Shown piece by piece: positions 15,808 through 24,743 of a DNA stretch of 43,680 nt. A model generated the notes under the pieces. The model ran no database searches. It saw nothing but the letters and a program-made list of their open reading frames with translations, and was not told where the DNA came from. The first letter of the stretch is position 1. Every line of letters begins with the position of its first letter. Position numbers and translations under genes: made by a program. The stretch is from Victivallaceae bacterium (GTDB lineage Bacteria; Verrucomicrobiota; Lentisphaeria; Victivallales; Victivallaceae), in assembly GCA_045648225.1 (NCBI GenBank), contig JAZRNP010000059.1, positions 1 through 43,680 on the forward strand, read 5' to 3'.

Positions 15808-16733
15808 ACATCCGCTTCAACAAAAACACCCCGCTTTTTTTGAGCGGCAAACGTGCCGCCTCGAGGGTGTCGCGCCCTTCCCGTTGGTCGGGCTTGATCG
15901 AATCTGATAAAAACACCCCGCTTTTCTTAAAAAGGGGTGAGGGTTTGGGAGAGGGGAAAAAACTCTTTTCCCGTGAAAAAAAGTTGTCTTGTCCCCTCGC
16001 ATACACATTTACTCTCATAGAACTGCTGGTGGTTATTGCTATTATAGCGATATTGGCGGCGATGCTGCTGCCGGCGTTGGGGAATGCCCGGGCGAGGGGG
16101 CGCAGTGCGAATTGTGTATCCAATTTGAGGCAGCTCGGGGTGATGCAGCAGCAATATACAGATATCTATTCAGGCTGGTATTGTCCGGCGTATTATATGG
16201 ATTCGAGTTATGCGATGGTGTACTGGGATTGGGCGAGTAATTCCGGGGGTACGGAGGATGAGGATGATTCCAGCGGTCTTCTGGCGAGGAGTTTGAACAG
16301 CAACGGTAAAACTTCGGAGGTGAATTCCTGTCCGGACAACCATCTGGACAAGAGCTGGTCGGCGCAAAATTCCGGTTACGGCTACAATGAATTTCTGGGT
16401 TTTGAGCCGGGACTTTATTCCGGGGTGAAAAATTCCTCATTGCGCCGGGCGGCATCGACGTTGATCTTTGCAGATGCATCGGCGATGGATTATTATGACA
16501 ACAGCAAATTGATACCGACTTCGGGACTTTACGCACCGGAGGGGCGAAAGGGTACTTTGCGAGGGGGCGGTTTGACCCATTTCCGGCATTTGAAGAGTGC
16601 CAACGGGGTATTTGCGGATGGTCATGCGGCTTCCACCCGGGAATTTCATGAAGGGAACAAGGGGAATGCGGCATTGCTGTCCGGATACTGGTCCAAAGAT
16701 AATTCAAACTACGATCCGGAGTATGATAAATGA
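15804..16733 (+). CDS. Prepilin-type H-X9-DG protein (pseudopilin-like), paralog of 14441-15556
   Basis: ATG 15804 sits in an ATGA overlap. '[24 protein letters not shown]' and '[13 protein letters not shown]' (H-X9-DG). The 74-aa leader holds one 87-bp unit plus the '[26 protein letters not shown]' element. Confidence 0.8.
   Translation: MNIRFNKNTPLFLSGKRAASRVSRPSRWSGLIESDKNTPLFLKRGEGLGEGKKLFSREKKLSCPLAYTFTLIELLVVIAIIAILAAMLLPALGNARARGRSANCVSNLRQLGVMQQQYTDIYSGWYCPAYYMDSSYAMVYWDWASNSGGTEDEDDSSGLLARSLNSNGKTSEVNSCPDNHLDKSWSAQNSGYGYNEFLGFEPGLYSGVKNSSLRRAASTLIFADASAMDYYDNSKLIPTSGLYAPEGRKGTLRGGGLTHFRHLKSANGVFADGHAASTREFHEGNKGNAALLSGYWSKDNSNYDPEYDK
15822..15930 (+). repeat. Second locus of the 87-bp repeat (1.25 units)
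   Basis: AAAAACACCCCGC recurs at 15822 and 15909 (87-bp period). The unit is nearly identical to those at 14507-14713. Confidence 0.85.
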
Positions 16734-17572
16734 TAAAAAGTATTCTGTTGATCCTGGTGTTTATGGTGATTCCGGCGTTATCGGGCGGGGAGATCAGAGT
16801 GATTTCGCTTTCTCCGGCATTGACTGATATGGTAGTGGAACTTGGAGGAGTTGGGCAGTTGTGCGGGCGTTCTGTCAGCTGCAATGCTCCGGGAACGGAA
16901 AAAATTCCGGTTGCCGGGAGCATGGGATTGCCGGATGTGGAAAAGATCCTGCTGCTGCGACCGGATTATGTGATAAGTGACACCCGGCATCCGGGCGGCA
17001 ATTGGAAAACGTTGTTCCGTCAGGGGATAAAAGTACGGTTTTTCCCGGGAGAAAAATTGGAGGATCACCCGGCGAATCTGCGGGAACTTGGCAGATTGCT
17101 GGGCCGCCGGGAAAAAGCCGAAGCAGCGGCGGTCAGATTTGAACAGAAAATTGCGGAGCTGCGGGGTACACTCCCGGAAAAAAGTTGCCGTGTACTGGTG
17201 GTTTTTTCTGTGCCGCCGGTGATAAGCTGCGGCAAAAAGAGCTTTATCAATGAAGCGTTGAAGCTTGCCGGAGCGGAAAATATCTGCAGCAAAACAGAAA
17301 GATCTTACTTTGCAGTATCCGCTGTGCACATTTTAAAATCGGCCCCCGAAGTGATAATCACCGCCGGGGTGCCGGAAGATCTGGTCAGACGATATTTCCA
17401 GCGTCCGGAATTCCGGATGGTTCCGGCGGTGAAACAGCAGAGATTCATCTCGGTCGATCCGGATGAATTCTGCCGGGCCGGGAGTCGGCTCCCGGACGCA
17501 GTCAGGAAGTTGAAGCTTCAGCTTTCCAGAAATGCGGTATCACCGGGAGCGGCTTCACACTCGTTGAGATAG
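16730..17572 (+). CDS. Periplasmic substrate-binding protein, BtuF/FhuD-like (class III SBP), orphan
   Basis: ATGA overlap with the pseudopilin stop. Signal peptide. '[19 protein letters not shown]...[12 protein letters not shown]'. No permease or ATPase gene nearby. Its 3' end overlaps the convergent GH gene by 55 nt. Confidence 0.7.
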   Translation: MIKSILLILVFMVIPALSGGEIRVISLSPALTDMVVELGGVGQLCGRSVSCNAPGTEKIPVAGSMGLPDVEKILLLRPDYVISDTRHPGGNWKTLFRQGIKVRFFPGEKLEDHPANLRELGRLLGRREKAEAAAVRFEQKIAELRGTLPEKSCRVLVVFSVPPVISCGKKSFINEALKLAGAENICSKTERSYFAVSAVHILKSAPEVIITAGVPEDLVRRYFQRPEFRMVPAVKQQRFISVDPDEFCRAGSRLPDAVRKLKLQLSRNAVSPGAASHSLR

Positions 17573-19107
17573 AGTGTATCGGCCGAAACATTGAGCAGAG
17601 TCAATTTTTTGCCGGTTGCCATTTGTCCGATTTTGGAAAGGACGGTTCCATCCATGACGATTGCGAGCACTTCGTTTTCATTTTCGACGATGGCGGCTCC
17701 GGCATTACCGGAAGTGAAGATCATCTGCCAGTGTCCGAAATTGAGCAAACTCTGTTTTTCCCGGTATAGATCGAGATAAAATTTGACAATGGACAAGTGT
17801 TCAGCGGGCATGGTGTTGACATCCATGGAAAGCATCGGGACGCCGAGGAACATGACCATCATGTGGCGGGCGACATTGACCGGGCATTCATCGGGTGACC
17901 AGTAGGCCGGGTCGGCGTGAACCGGAATGCCGTCACCCAGAGACAGACGGATATCGACCAGCCGCCGGAAGTTGTACGCCCAGTCAAAGGGAACATCTCC
18001 GGCCCGGAACTGGGTGGCGCAGGAGAGCAGTGAAATCGTGGCATAGCCCTGACGGAATTCGATAAGAGAATCAGGATTATTATTCCGCAACGTGCCGCAG
18101 ATTTTTTTGATCAGATATTCGTTGCTGCGTCCCAAGGGAGCTTCGGCGGAGGGGCGGATGATATCGAGGAAGTCGATTTTCAAACCGTCCAGATTGTTTT
18201 CTGAAGCGAGATTTATCAATTTGTCGGCGATCAGATCCACGGCTTCGGTATTGTGGATATCCAAATGGCAGCATCCCTCTCTCTGGGTATCGCAGACCCA
18301 TTGCGGGTGCTCTTTGAAAATTTTGCTGTCCACGCCCAGAAAGTGCGGTGCAACCCAGAGCATATATTTCAAGCCGATATCCTGAACCCGTTTGACGTGC
18401 GCTTGAAAATCGGGGAATTTGACTTTGGAAACTTCCCATTCGCCGATGGTGTTGTACCAGTTGACCAGAGTTTCCGGCGTGACCCGTTTGGATTCATCGT
18501 AACACCAGCCGTCGTCGACGATCAGAGTGGAGAAGCCAAGGGCTTTGACTTTGCGCATTTGACCTTCGATCCACTTGGCGTTGACTTCGCCGTGGGTGGC
18601 GTACCAGGTGCAGAAAACCGGTTCCCATGCGCCGTCGGGGAATTCGAGATTTTCCGGAACGACGGTTTTGCGCCAGGCGGCGATGCTTTCCTGAAATGTG
18701 ATGCCGTCCCGGCGGTCAACGGTCAGGGTGAAAGGTTGATTTCCGGTGACGGTCAGCGTGACATCATAGGTACAGTTCTGCTGGTTCAAATTGGCCGAAA
18801 TGTCGGTGTCGTCGGCCAGGTTATCGGTTGCCACGGCATAGCGCAGCATTCTTTCGGCGTTGAAAAAGGCCAGAAACGGCATTCCGTGATTGAAGCCGGA
18901 ACTGAACTTGAGCCGCCAGGGCAGGCGCAGCTGAAAGTCGGAAGCATTGCAGTGCCAGAGTCCCTGCACATCGATCATCGGCAGAGCCATCTTTATTATG
19001 GTTTTACTGAAAACCGGCTCGATTTTAAAAGTATTGACCACTCCATTGTAGGCATTGTAGACCGCTTCTGCAGCACCGGAAGAAAAAACGTGTATATCGA
19101 TTTTCAT
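17518..19107 (-). CDS. Alpha-galactosidase-like glycoside hydrolase (clan GH-D, GH36/GH27-like)
   Basis: 529 aa. 'FSTLIVDDGWCYDE', 'LDGLKIDFLD' and 'FRAGDVPFDW' resemble the (beta/alpha)8 catalytic-core motifs of alpha-galactosidases. No signal peptide. Confidence 0.6.
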   Translation of the reverse strand: MKIDIHVFSSGAAEAVYNAYNGVVNTFKIEPVFSKTIIKMALPMIDVQGLWHCNASDFQLRLPWRLKFSSGFNHGMPFLAFFNAERMLRYAVATDNLADDTDISANLNQQNCTYDVTLTVTGNQPFTLTVDRRDGITFQESIAAWRKTVVPENLEFPDGAWEPVFCTWYATHGEVNAKWIEGQMRKVKALGFSTLIVDDGWCYDESKRVTPETLVNWYNTIGEWEVSKVKFPDFQAHVKRVQDIGLKYMLWVAPHFLGVDSKIFKEHPQWVCDTQREGCCHLDIHNTEAVDLIADKLINLASENNLDGLKIDFLDIIRPSAEAPLGRSNEYLIKKICGTLRNNNPDSLIEFRQGYATISLLSCATQFRAGDVPFDWAYNFRRLVDIRLSLGDGIPVHADPAYWSPDECPVNVARHMMVMFLGVPMLSMDVNTMPAEHLSIVKFYLDLYREKQSLLNFGHWQMIFTSGNAGAAIVENENEVLAIVMDGTVLSKIGQMATGKKLTLLNVSADTLYLNECEAAPGDTAFLES

Positions 19108-19482
19108 GGTAAAACTCTTTTCTGTTTGCCAAAATTCATAAACTCCGCTTATAATTTAACATAGTGGACGGCCCATATCAAATAGTGAAATAAAGTTTTT
19201 TGAAAAATAGTACGGACGACGGCGGCTCGCGGGCAATCTCTTGTCAAGTCATCGGACGCTGATTCAGTCGAGTACAGTCGTACACTCCTTCATCATCGCC
19301 TTGACTTGACGGCGACCTTGCCGCACGATCCATCCGCCGCTTGGATCGGAGGTTGGTGGTGCGGCGCAAAGCGCACGCACAGCATGCTGCCGCAAATGCA
19401 GTGCCTAAGGTGCAAACAGTGTTGCTCATGGGAGTTTTTGGGAATTTTTGAGAGGTATTGGGAGATTTTGGGAGTAAAACCT

Positions 19483-19736
19483 CTCTGTTTTGTTGTCGGC
19501 ACCGGGGACACGGCATACCAACTTTAGCTCCCTTAAAATTCCTAGCATTCCTAAAATTCTTAGCATTCCCAGTCAAAGAGCCAGTTACCAATCCACACCA
19601 TTTGCAAAACTCAAATCCGCTCTGTTTTGTTGTCGGCACCGGGGACACGGCATACCAACTCTAGCCCCCTTAAAATTCCTAGCATTCCTAAAATTCTTAG
19701 CATTCCCAGTCAAAGAGCCAAGTACCCAACCACCTG
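19483..19736. repeat. 137-bp-period direct repeat (2 copies of ~117 nt) with internal ~9.5-bp phased ATTCC sub-repeats
   Basis: CTCTGTTTTGTTGTCGGCACCGGGGACACGGCATACCAACT(T/C)TAGC(T/C)CCCTTAAAATTCCTAGCATTCCTAAAATTCTTAGCATTCCCAGTCAAAGAGCCA begins at 19483 and 19620. Confidence 0.9.
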
Positions 19737-19775
19737 CAGTTTCCAAAAAAATCCCAAAATTTTTCAGATATCCTG

Positions 19776-19804
19776 TTGACATTTGCAAAATGCGGATGTA
19801 ATTT
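19776..19804 (+). promoter_or_regulatory. Candidate promoter of the LacI-family regulator operon
   Basis: TTGACA(19776)-N17-TAATTT(19799), 44 nt upstream of ATG 19848. Confidence 0.45.
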
Positions 19805-19816
19805 AACTCGTAGATG

Positions 19817-19830
19817 GTTGCACGCGCAAC
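19817..19830. promoter_or_regulatory. Operator-like inverted repeat between the promoter and the LacI start codon
   Basis: GTTGC-ACGC-GCAAC has the same half-sites as the 14335 palindrome but a 4-bp spacer. Confidence 0.3.
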
Positions 19831-19847
19831 TTAAAAAGGAAAATTTT

Positions 19848-20948
19848 ATGCCGATAACAACAAAAGAGATAGCGGAAATGGTCGGGATCTCCCGGCAGGC
19901 GGTTTCAGCGGTGCTGAACGGTCATCCGGAAAAGGTTTCGCCGGAGAAACGCCGCAAAATCTTTCACATTGCCAAAAACAGCCAGTACCGTCCCAATGAG
20001 GCAGCATTGCGTCTTTCCGGGCACAGTTCCCGCAAGTTTGTTATCGTTGACAGCGGTTTGTTTCCTCCGGTGAAAATCTCGGTGCTTGAGCAGCTTACCG
20101 AATTGCTTTCCGGACATAATATCGATGTGCGTCTCACTCCTCCGGCCGATAAGGGCGGCAAGATCCGTTCACTTTACCACGAAGCTGCCAACGGTGCAAG
20201 TGCGGCGATCACTGATTTGAAAACTGACCTCTTTGATGTGGAGAACTTCCCGGTACCGCTGGTGGTTATGGGCAACAGCAGTGAACCGTGTGATATAAGT
20301 TTTGATTATGAAAGTGCGGTGCGTCAATTGATCGATCATCTGCACACAGTGCATCATCACCGTAAATTTGCCTTGATCTCGGCGGGCAAAGATGCGATCA
20401 GCTGCGGACGGGAACTCTATCGCAGTTTCGAAAAGGTACTGTCGGAATACGGTCAGGAGTTCACCCCTGAATACTACATTCCGGTCCACCGTCAGGAAAA
20501 TCCCTCCGACTATGCGGAGAAACTTTTCAGAGAGCGTGGAGTTACTGCATTTCTCTGTGAAAACGATGCGGTTGCCGCCCGCTTGATCGTCGATCTGAAA
20601 CTCCGGAACATCCGGGTCCCCGAAGATGTTGCCGTCATCGGCAACGGCTGTTCGTTTGTCACCGAATTGACGCCGATCCCCCTGACTTCGATCTATCTGC
20701 CGGCGAGAAAGTATGCCGAAATGCTCTGCGATATTATTTTGAAACGCATTTCCGGAGAAGCAATACCGCAGCCCCGCACAGCGCAATTGATTCCGACCGG
20801 ATTGTTTATCGGCGGCAGTTGCGGCTGTACTCCGGCGGAACTGCCGCAGCTCTACTGGGAAGCGGTTCCCCATTCGCTGGGCGATCAGGAGCAGGAAATT
20901 TGTAAATCCACCCGTTTTGAACAATTTATGAAATATGTCACTTTTTAA
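19848..20948 (+). CDS. LacI-family transcriptional regulator
   Basis: ATG 19848 follows AAAGGA. N-terminal HTH '[21 protein letters not shown]', then a ~300-aa periplasmic-binding-fold sensor domain. Confidence 0.88.
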   Translation: MPITTKEIAEMVGISRQAVSAVLNGHPEKVSPEKRRKIFHIAKNSQYRPNEAALRLSGHSSRKFVIVDSGLFPPVKISVLEQLTELLSGHNIDVRLTPPADKGGKIRSLYHEAANGASAAITDLKTDLFDVENFPVPLVVMGNSSEPCDISFDYESAVRQLIDHLHTVHHHRKFALISAGKDAISCGRELYRSFEKVLSEYGQEFTPEYYIPVHRQENPSDYAEKLFRERGVTAFLCENDAVAARLIVDLKLRNIRVPEDVAVIGNGCSFVTELTPIPLTSIYLPARKYAEMLCDIILKRISGEAIPQPRTAQLIPTGLFIGGSCGCTPAELPQLYWEAVPHSLGDQEQEICKSTRFEQFMKYVTF

Positions 20949-20976
20949 CCTCCAAAATTACAAAGGAGAAAGTATC

Positions 20977-21825
20977 ATGCAAAAGAAAAAATCATTCACC
21001 CTGATCGAACTGCTGGGAAGAAAATCACATCTCAACTGTGATGGCGCAAAGTCTGCCCATGGGCAGGGTAAAGCGAGCTTTACCCTAATAGAACTCCTTG
21101 TGGTTATTGCCATTATCGCAATCCTGGCGGCGATGCTGCTTCCGGCATTGCAGAGTGCCCGGGATCGTGGTAAAACCGCTTCATGTTCATCAAATCACAA
21201 ACAGGTGGCATTGGCTATTCAGCAGTATGCCGGAGATTTTGACGGAGTTATCGTACCGGCGGTACAGGTTTACAACCAGCACGCCACCGATGATGGTTGG
21301 AACTGGCTGTACGGTCTGGTGATGAATGATTACACGTCACCGCAGGCGATTCTCTGTCCCAATGCGATCGTCCGTTCTGGAAAATCCGGTCTTGATGCGG
21401 CACGGCATTGTTACTCCGGGGAAATTAACAAAAGATCGAAACCGTTTGTTTTTACCGTTTCCGGCATGGGTATCAGCCAGCTGATGGGCGGCATGTCCTG
21501 GTATGAAGGCACGACACTCCGGAAAATGAACAACCAGAATCTTTATCCCAGAGTGGTTAAAATCGGCAAAGTCCGCAATCCCGGTAAAAAATTTATGGCA
21601 GGAGATTCGCTTTATTCTGATGCCGCCAAGCCCTATCCTTATTATGTCATCGGTCAGAATGTGGAAAACAACTTCGGTAAGATCGATACCCGCCACGGCG
21701 GAATGAAGCAGGCGATCATGATGTTCGCCGATTGTCACGTCGAAACCCGAACTGATCCGGAAAACTTCTATGCTGAAAGTTCCGTCAACGGTCAAACCGG
21801 AATCTACGCCATTCCGGACAAATGA
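20977..21825 (+). CDS. Prepilin-type protein with a duplicated FTLIELL motif and a variant C-terminal motif (H-X11-DC)
   Basis: ATG 20977 lies 6 nt after AAAGGAGAA. '[58 protein letters not shown]'. C-terminal '[15 protein letters not shown]'. Confidence 0.8.
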   Translation: MQKKKSFTLIELLGRKSHLNCDGAKSAHGQGKASFTLIELLVVIAIIAILAAMLLPALQSARDRGKTASCSSNHKQVALAIQQYAGDFDGVIVPAVQVYNQHATDDGWNWLYGLVMNDYTSPQAILCPNAIVRSGKSGLDAARHCYSGEINKRSKPFVFTVSGMGISQLMGGMSWYEGTTLRKMNNQNLYPRVVKIGKVRNPGKKFMAGDSLYSDAAKPYPYYVIGQNVENNFGKIDTRHGGMKQAIMMFADCHVETRTDPENFYAESSVNGQTGIYAIPDK

Positions 21826-24194
21826 TAAAAAAACAGATTGAAAATATGAGAGAAAATATTTTAATTAAACTTCCTTACGGCGAAGTGTTGTTCACTCCGC
21901 AGAGCGGCGGAATGCCGGAAAAGATAACTGTCCGGGAATTTGACCGGGAGACCGTTATTTCCAGTGGTTCGGAATTGATGCTTACGATCAAAGATCGGGG
22001 CGTTGTCCGTCCGGCACTGGGAAAATGTGAACCGCAACGCTTCAAAACCAACGGTGCTGAAGCGGTTGAATTTACCGATTTGGCATGGGAGGATGCCGAT
22101 GGGAATGCCATTCCGGAACTGCATTTGGGCTTGCGTTATGAATTCTATCCGGACGGAACCGTTTTTTGTTCTGCAATATTTCATGCTGAAACCGCCCATC
22201 CGCCGGTGTGCCGGGATTTGAAACTGCTCTTTTCGTTGGATTTTTCCACTTTTGATGATTGCCGTTTTGCTGTATTCCCCCGTCTCGGAAGCGGCGGATC
22301 GGTGGATATTCAGCGGATTGCGGCTCAGCGTTTTGTGCCTGGCGGCAAGGATATTGAATATTCTCAAAATATTCCGATTGAGTATGCATTCAATCTGTTT
22401 CGCAACGCCGGACCTTCGCTTTATGCGGAGATTTTTGTGGAATCCGGAGCAGTCCTTGACGGCGGCAACGAACAGGGCAGCGGCAAAATTCAATGGCAGA
22501 ACGGTTCTCCGGTTGTGGAGTGGAACTTTCAGACGGCAGATACCACCAAAGATCATCGGCCTTTGCAATGGCGCAACCGCTGGGGATGGAAAATCGTTCC
22601 GCCTGCGACCTGCCGTAAACTGCCGCCACAGCATTGTTACCAGTTTATTGATAATTACCGGCACTATCCCACTCCGGATGAGTTGGAAACGATTGCCCGT
22701 TCCGGATGTACCATGCTCATCATCCATTCCAATTGGCGTAGGGACGCCGCTAACGGTTCGATCCCCTACGATTTGAAAAAGTTCAGGATGATCAAGGAGA
22801 TGGCACAAAAGTACGGTATCCCTCTTTTGCTGTATATGCGCGGCAGTGAAAAGGAGATCGTCGAAAATGGCGGAGAATGGTTCGAACGCCTGTTGGACAA
22901 GGAAAAAGATGGTTTGTACATGGACTATGCAGGTCCCATGAGCCGTCAGTCTCCTCCGGAAGAGTTCGCCTGCGGAGGTACGGTACTCTACTATCATCAC
23001 TACCTTACTTTGAAAAAAATCCGGGAACATCTTGGCGACAAAGGCCTGCTGATCGGTCACACCGGTGCCTGGTTCAGCAATACCGCCATTGATTTTTGCG
23101 ATGCCTATATTTCCGGTGAAGGTGAACGGGGCCAGCTGCTTTCCGGTCGGCAGGAGTTCGAATACTTCACCATGGCCGCGGCCGCTCCCGGATCGTTGTG
23201 GAGTGCCGCGTTTCCGGAATATGCGACTACGGCAATGATACCGTTTATTGCATCTGCCGGACAGTTTCCGCATTCTCCGCTGGGTATGCAGTTCGCCACC
23301 TCCTCACTTTTGCATCCGCCGGAACCGGGAATCAATGATGCGGTGTTCCGTCCGTTATGGAGAATGTGGAGAATTTTCAGTTTTGAACGCAATGTGAAAG
23401 TTTTCAACGACTATAACTGTTCCGGAATCTTCGGCGGTACGGAAAAAGTCGGCCATTATCTGATGATTTCCGCTGATAACCGGCGTGCACTGCTGGTTCT
23501 GTCCGATTTCGGCGGCAAAGGTGATGTTTCTGTAAATTGGGAACGGGCCGGATTTGATCTGCAGGGCAAAAAGTGTTACCGTCTTGTTCCGGGGGAAACT
23601 GATCCCGGCAAGGTGATCGAAACGGATCGGATCTTCGCAGAATTTTCCGCTTATCCGGCAGAGGCATATTACTTCGATTACAATGACGAGGCACTGGCAG
23701 ATTTTGAACAGCCTTATCCCGAAACCGGTGATTCCGGCAAAGCCTTCCTCCGGGAGATCGAACTCCAGAAGCAATGGCGTCACCCGGCTCCGACTACTAA
23801 AGCAGAGCTGCGCCTCTATCTGGATGACCGGCTCTGTACCGCACTGGAAGATTCCATGGTGATCGACCTTTATGATGAAGATGTTATGTTGGGCACGGTC
23901 ACTCCGGATGGATTCAATGCCCTCGGCATTATCACTCCGGCAGAAATGGTTTCTCCCGGCACTGAAAATGCCGCAAGAATATTTCCCGGAGACACGACTG
24001 CCCCCGTAGATCTGGCAAAATTGCTGGGCAGGGGACATCATCATGTCGCAATCAAAAGTTTCTATAAGAACGAACCATTTTACAGTTTTATAACTGTCAA
24101 ACTGACCACGGATGCCGGAGAATATTCTCTGGAGTTCCGCAACCAGTTGGAAAATGACCGTTCGGAGATAAATTTTGAACTTGATTTGATATAA
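21822..24194 (+). CDS. Large hypothetical protein, possibly a glycoside-hydrolase-like TIM-barrel enzyme
   Basis: 790 aa with an ATGA overlap onto the pseudopilin stop. The central '[13 protein letters not shown]...[12 protein letters not shown]...GLYMDYAG' looks like a barrel core. I recognise no named motif. Confidence 0.5.
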   Translation: MIKKQIENMRENILIKLPYGEVLFTPQSGGMPEKITVREFDRETVISSGSELMLTIKDRGVVRPALGKCEPQRFKTNGAEAVEFTDLAWEDADGNAIPELHLGLRYEFYPDGTVFCSAIFHAETAHPPVCRDLKLLFSLDFSTFDDCRFAVFPRLGSGGSVDIQRIAAQRFVPGGKDIEYSQNIPIEYAFNLFRNAGPSLYAEIFVESGAVLDGGNEQGSGKIQWQNGSPVVEWNFQTADTTKDHRPLQWRNRWGWKIVPPATCRKLPPQHCYQFIDNYRHYPTPDELETIARSGCTMLIIHSNWRRDAANGSIPYDLKKFRMIKEMAQKYGIPLLLYMRGSEKEIVENGGEWFERLLDKEKDGLYMDYAGPMSRQSPPEEFACGGTVLYYHHYLTLKKIREHLGDKGLLIGHTGAWFSNTAIDFCDAYISGEGERGQLLSGRQEFEYFTMAAAAPGSLWSAAFPEYATTAMIPFIASAGQFPHSPLGMQFATSSLLHPPEPGINDAVFRPLWRMWRIFSFERNVKVFNDYNCSGIFGGTEKVGHYLMISADNRRALLVLSDFGGKGDVSVNWERAGFDLQGKKCYRLVPGETDPGKVIETDRIFAEFSAYPAEAYYFDYNDEALADFEQPYPETGDSGKAFLREIELQKQWRHPAPTTKAELRLYLDDRLCTALEDSMVIDLYDEDVMLGTVTPDGFNALGIITPAEMVSPGTENAARIFPGDTTAPVDLAKLLGRGHHHVAIKSFYKNEPFYSFITVKLTTDAGEYSLEFRNQLENDRSEINFELDLI

Positions 24195-24206
24195 TTCCGA
24201 GAAAAA

Positions 24207-24271
24207 CGGGATATTTTGCTGTTCTGTTGCCGCATCAAGCTTGCAGAACGATGGCGAATCCCGTTTTTTTT
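24207..24271 (+). terminator. Composite hairpin plus T8: probable terminator of the 790-aa gene
   Basis: CGGGAT...[GTTCTG-N17-CAGAAC]...ATCCCG is followed by TTTTTTTT (24264-24271). Confidence 0.45.
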
Positions 24272-24490
24272 GCGAATGCAAAAAAATCTTGCAAAAAGCA
24301 AAAATCCTGACTGGCGAATTTATTTGCCTGAGTTCCCGGGCGGGGATCGACGAGGCGGGCTTTGCCCGCCGAAGAGCCGGAGCGCAGCGACGGCAACCCA
24401 TAACGAAGTGAGAATCCCATTTTTTGCGAATGCAAAAAATTACCGTAGTGAAAAGTAAAAATCCTGACTGGCGAATTTATTTGCCTGAGT
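24256..24490. repeat. Two ~78-bp direct repeats (period 156 bp) downstream of the tRNA-Arg 3' end
   Basis: The copies at 24256-24333 and 24412-24490 share GAATCCC(G/A)TTTTTTGCGAATGCAAAAAA...AAAAATCCTGACTGGCGAATTTATTTGCCTGAGT. Each carries the palindrome TTTTTTGC-GAAT-GCAAAAAA. Copy B is part of a ~20-bp-stem hairpin (24448-24507). Confidence 0.85.
24335..24350 (-). other. 16-nt duplicate of the tRNA-Arg 3' portion (acceptor/T-stem), att-like scar
   Basis: CCCGGGCGGGGATCGA at 24335-24350 is identical to 24540-24555 inside the tRNA gene, in the same orientation, fused directly to the end of repeat copy A. Confidence 0.6.
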
Positions 24491-24533
24491 CAGGATTTGC
24501 TTTTCACTGGGATTCTCACGATTTTTAAAAAAA

Positions 24534-24609
24534 TGGTAGCCCGGGCGGGGATCGAACCCACGACCAACTGCTTAGAAGGCAGCTGCTCTATCCACTGAGC
24601 TACCGGGCC
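24534..24609 (-). tRNA. tRNA-Arg (anticodon UCU)
   Basis: The reverse complement is GGCCCGGTAGCTCAGTGGATAGAGCAGCTGCCTTCTAAGCAGTTGGTCGTGGGTTCGATCCCCGCCCGGGCTACCA. It has a 7-bp acceptor stem, a D-arm, the anticodon loop CTTCTAA, the T-loop GGTTCGATCC and an encoded CCA. Confidence 0.95.
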
Positions 24610-24667
24610 ATCTTGTGATGTCTTTCATATAATATGCATTCATAATCAGAAAAAATCAAGTAATAAA

Positions 24668-24696
24668 TTGCATTTGCTGCAATTATATGCTATATT
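24668..24696 (+). promoter_or_regulatory. Candidate promoter of the acyltransferase-lptD operon, overlapped by a palindrome
   Basis: TTGCAT(24668)-N17-TATATT(24691). The palindrome AATTGCA-N5-TGCAATT (24666-24684) has the same arms as operator O2 of the phage-like island. Confidence 0.45.
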
Positions 24697-24743
24697 TATA
24701 ACAGGACTGATTTTTTACAAATATATTTCTTGGATGAATTTGT

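Noticed and set aside
17518-17572. 55-nt convergent overlap between the 3' ends of the binding-protein gene and the GH36-like gene; considered as a sign of a frameshift or an antisense regulatory arrangement.
   Set aside because: Both frames are continuous, with sensible domain ends. The binding-protein tail ('...[19 protein letters not shown]') may simply be a non-conserved extension. Nothing in the sequence requires a special mechanism.
19244-19648. 134-aa Cys-rich ORF (and 19585-19788, 19293-19511) reading through the intergenic repeats, e.g. 'MPCPRCRQQNR...'; considered as a small Cys-rich peptide or RiPP precursor.
   Set aside because: The two repeat copies are 137 bp apart, which is not a multiple of 3. 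The conserved core is therefore read in different frames ('SPVPTTKQ' versus 'MPCPRCRQQN'), so conservation is at the nucleotide level. There is no convincing SD.
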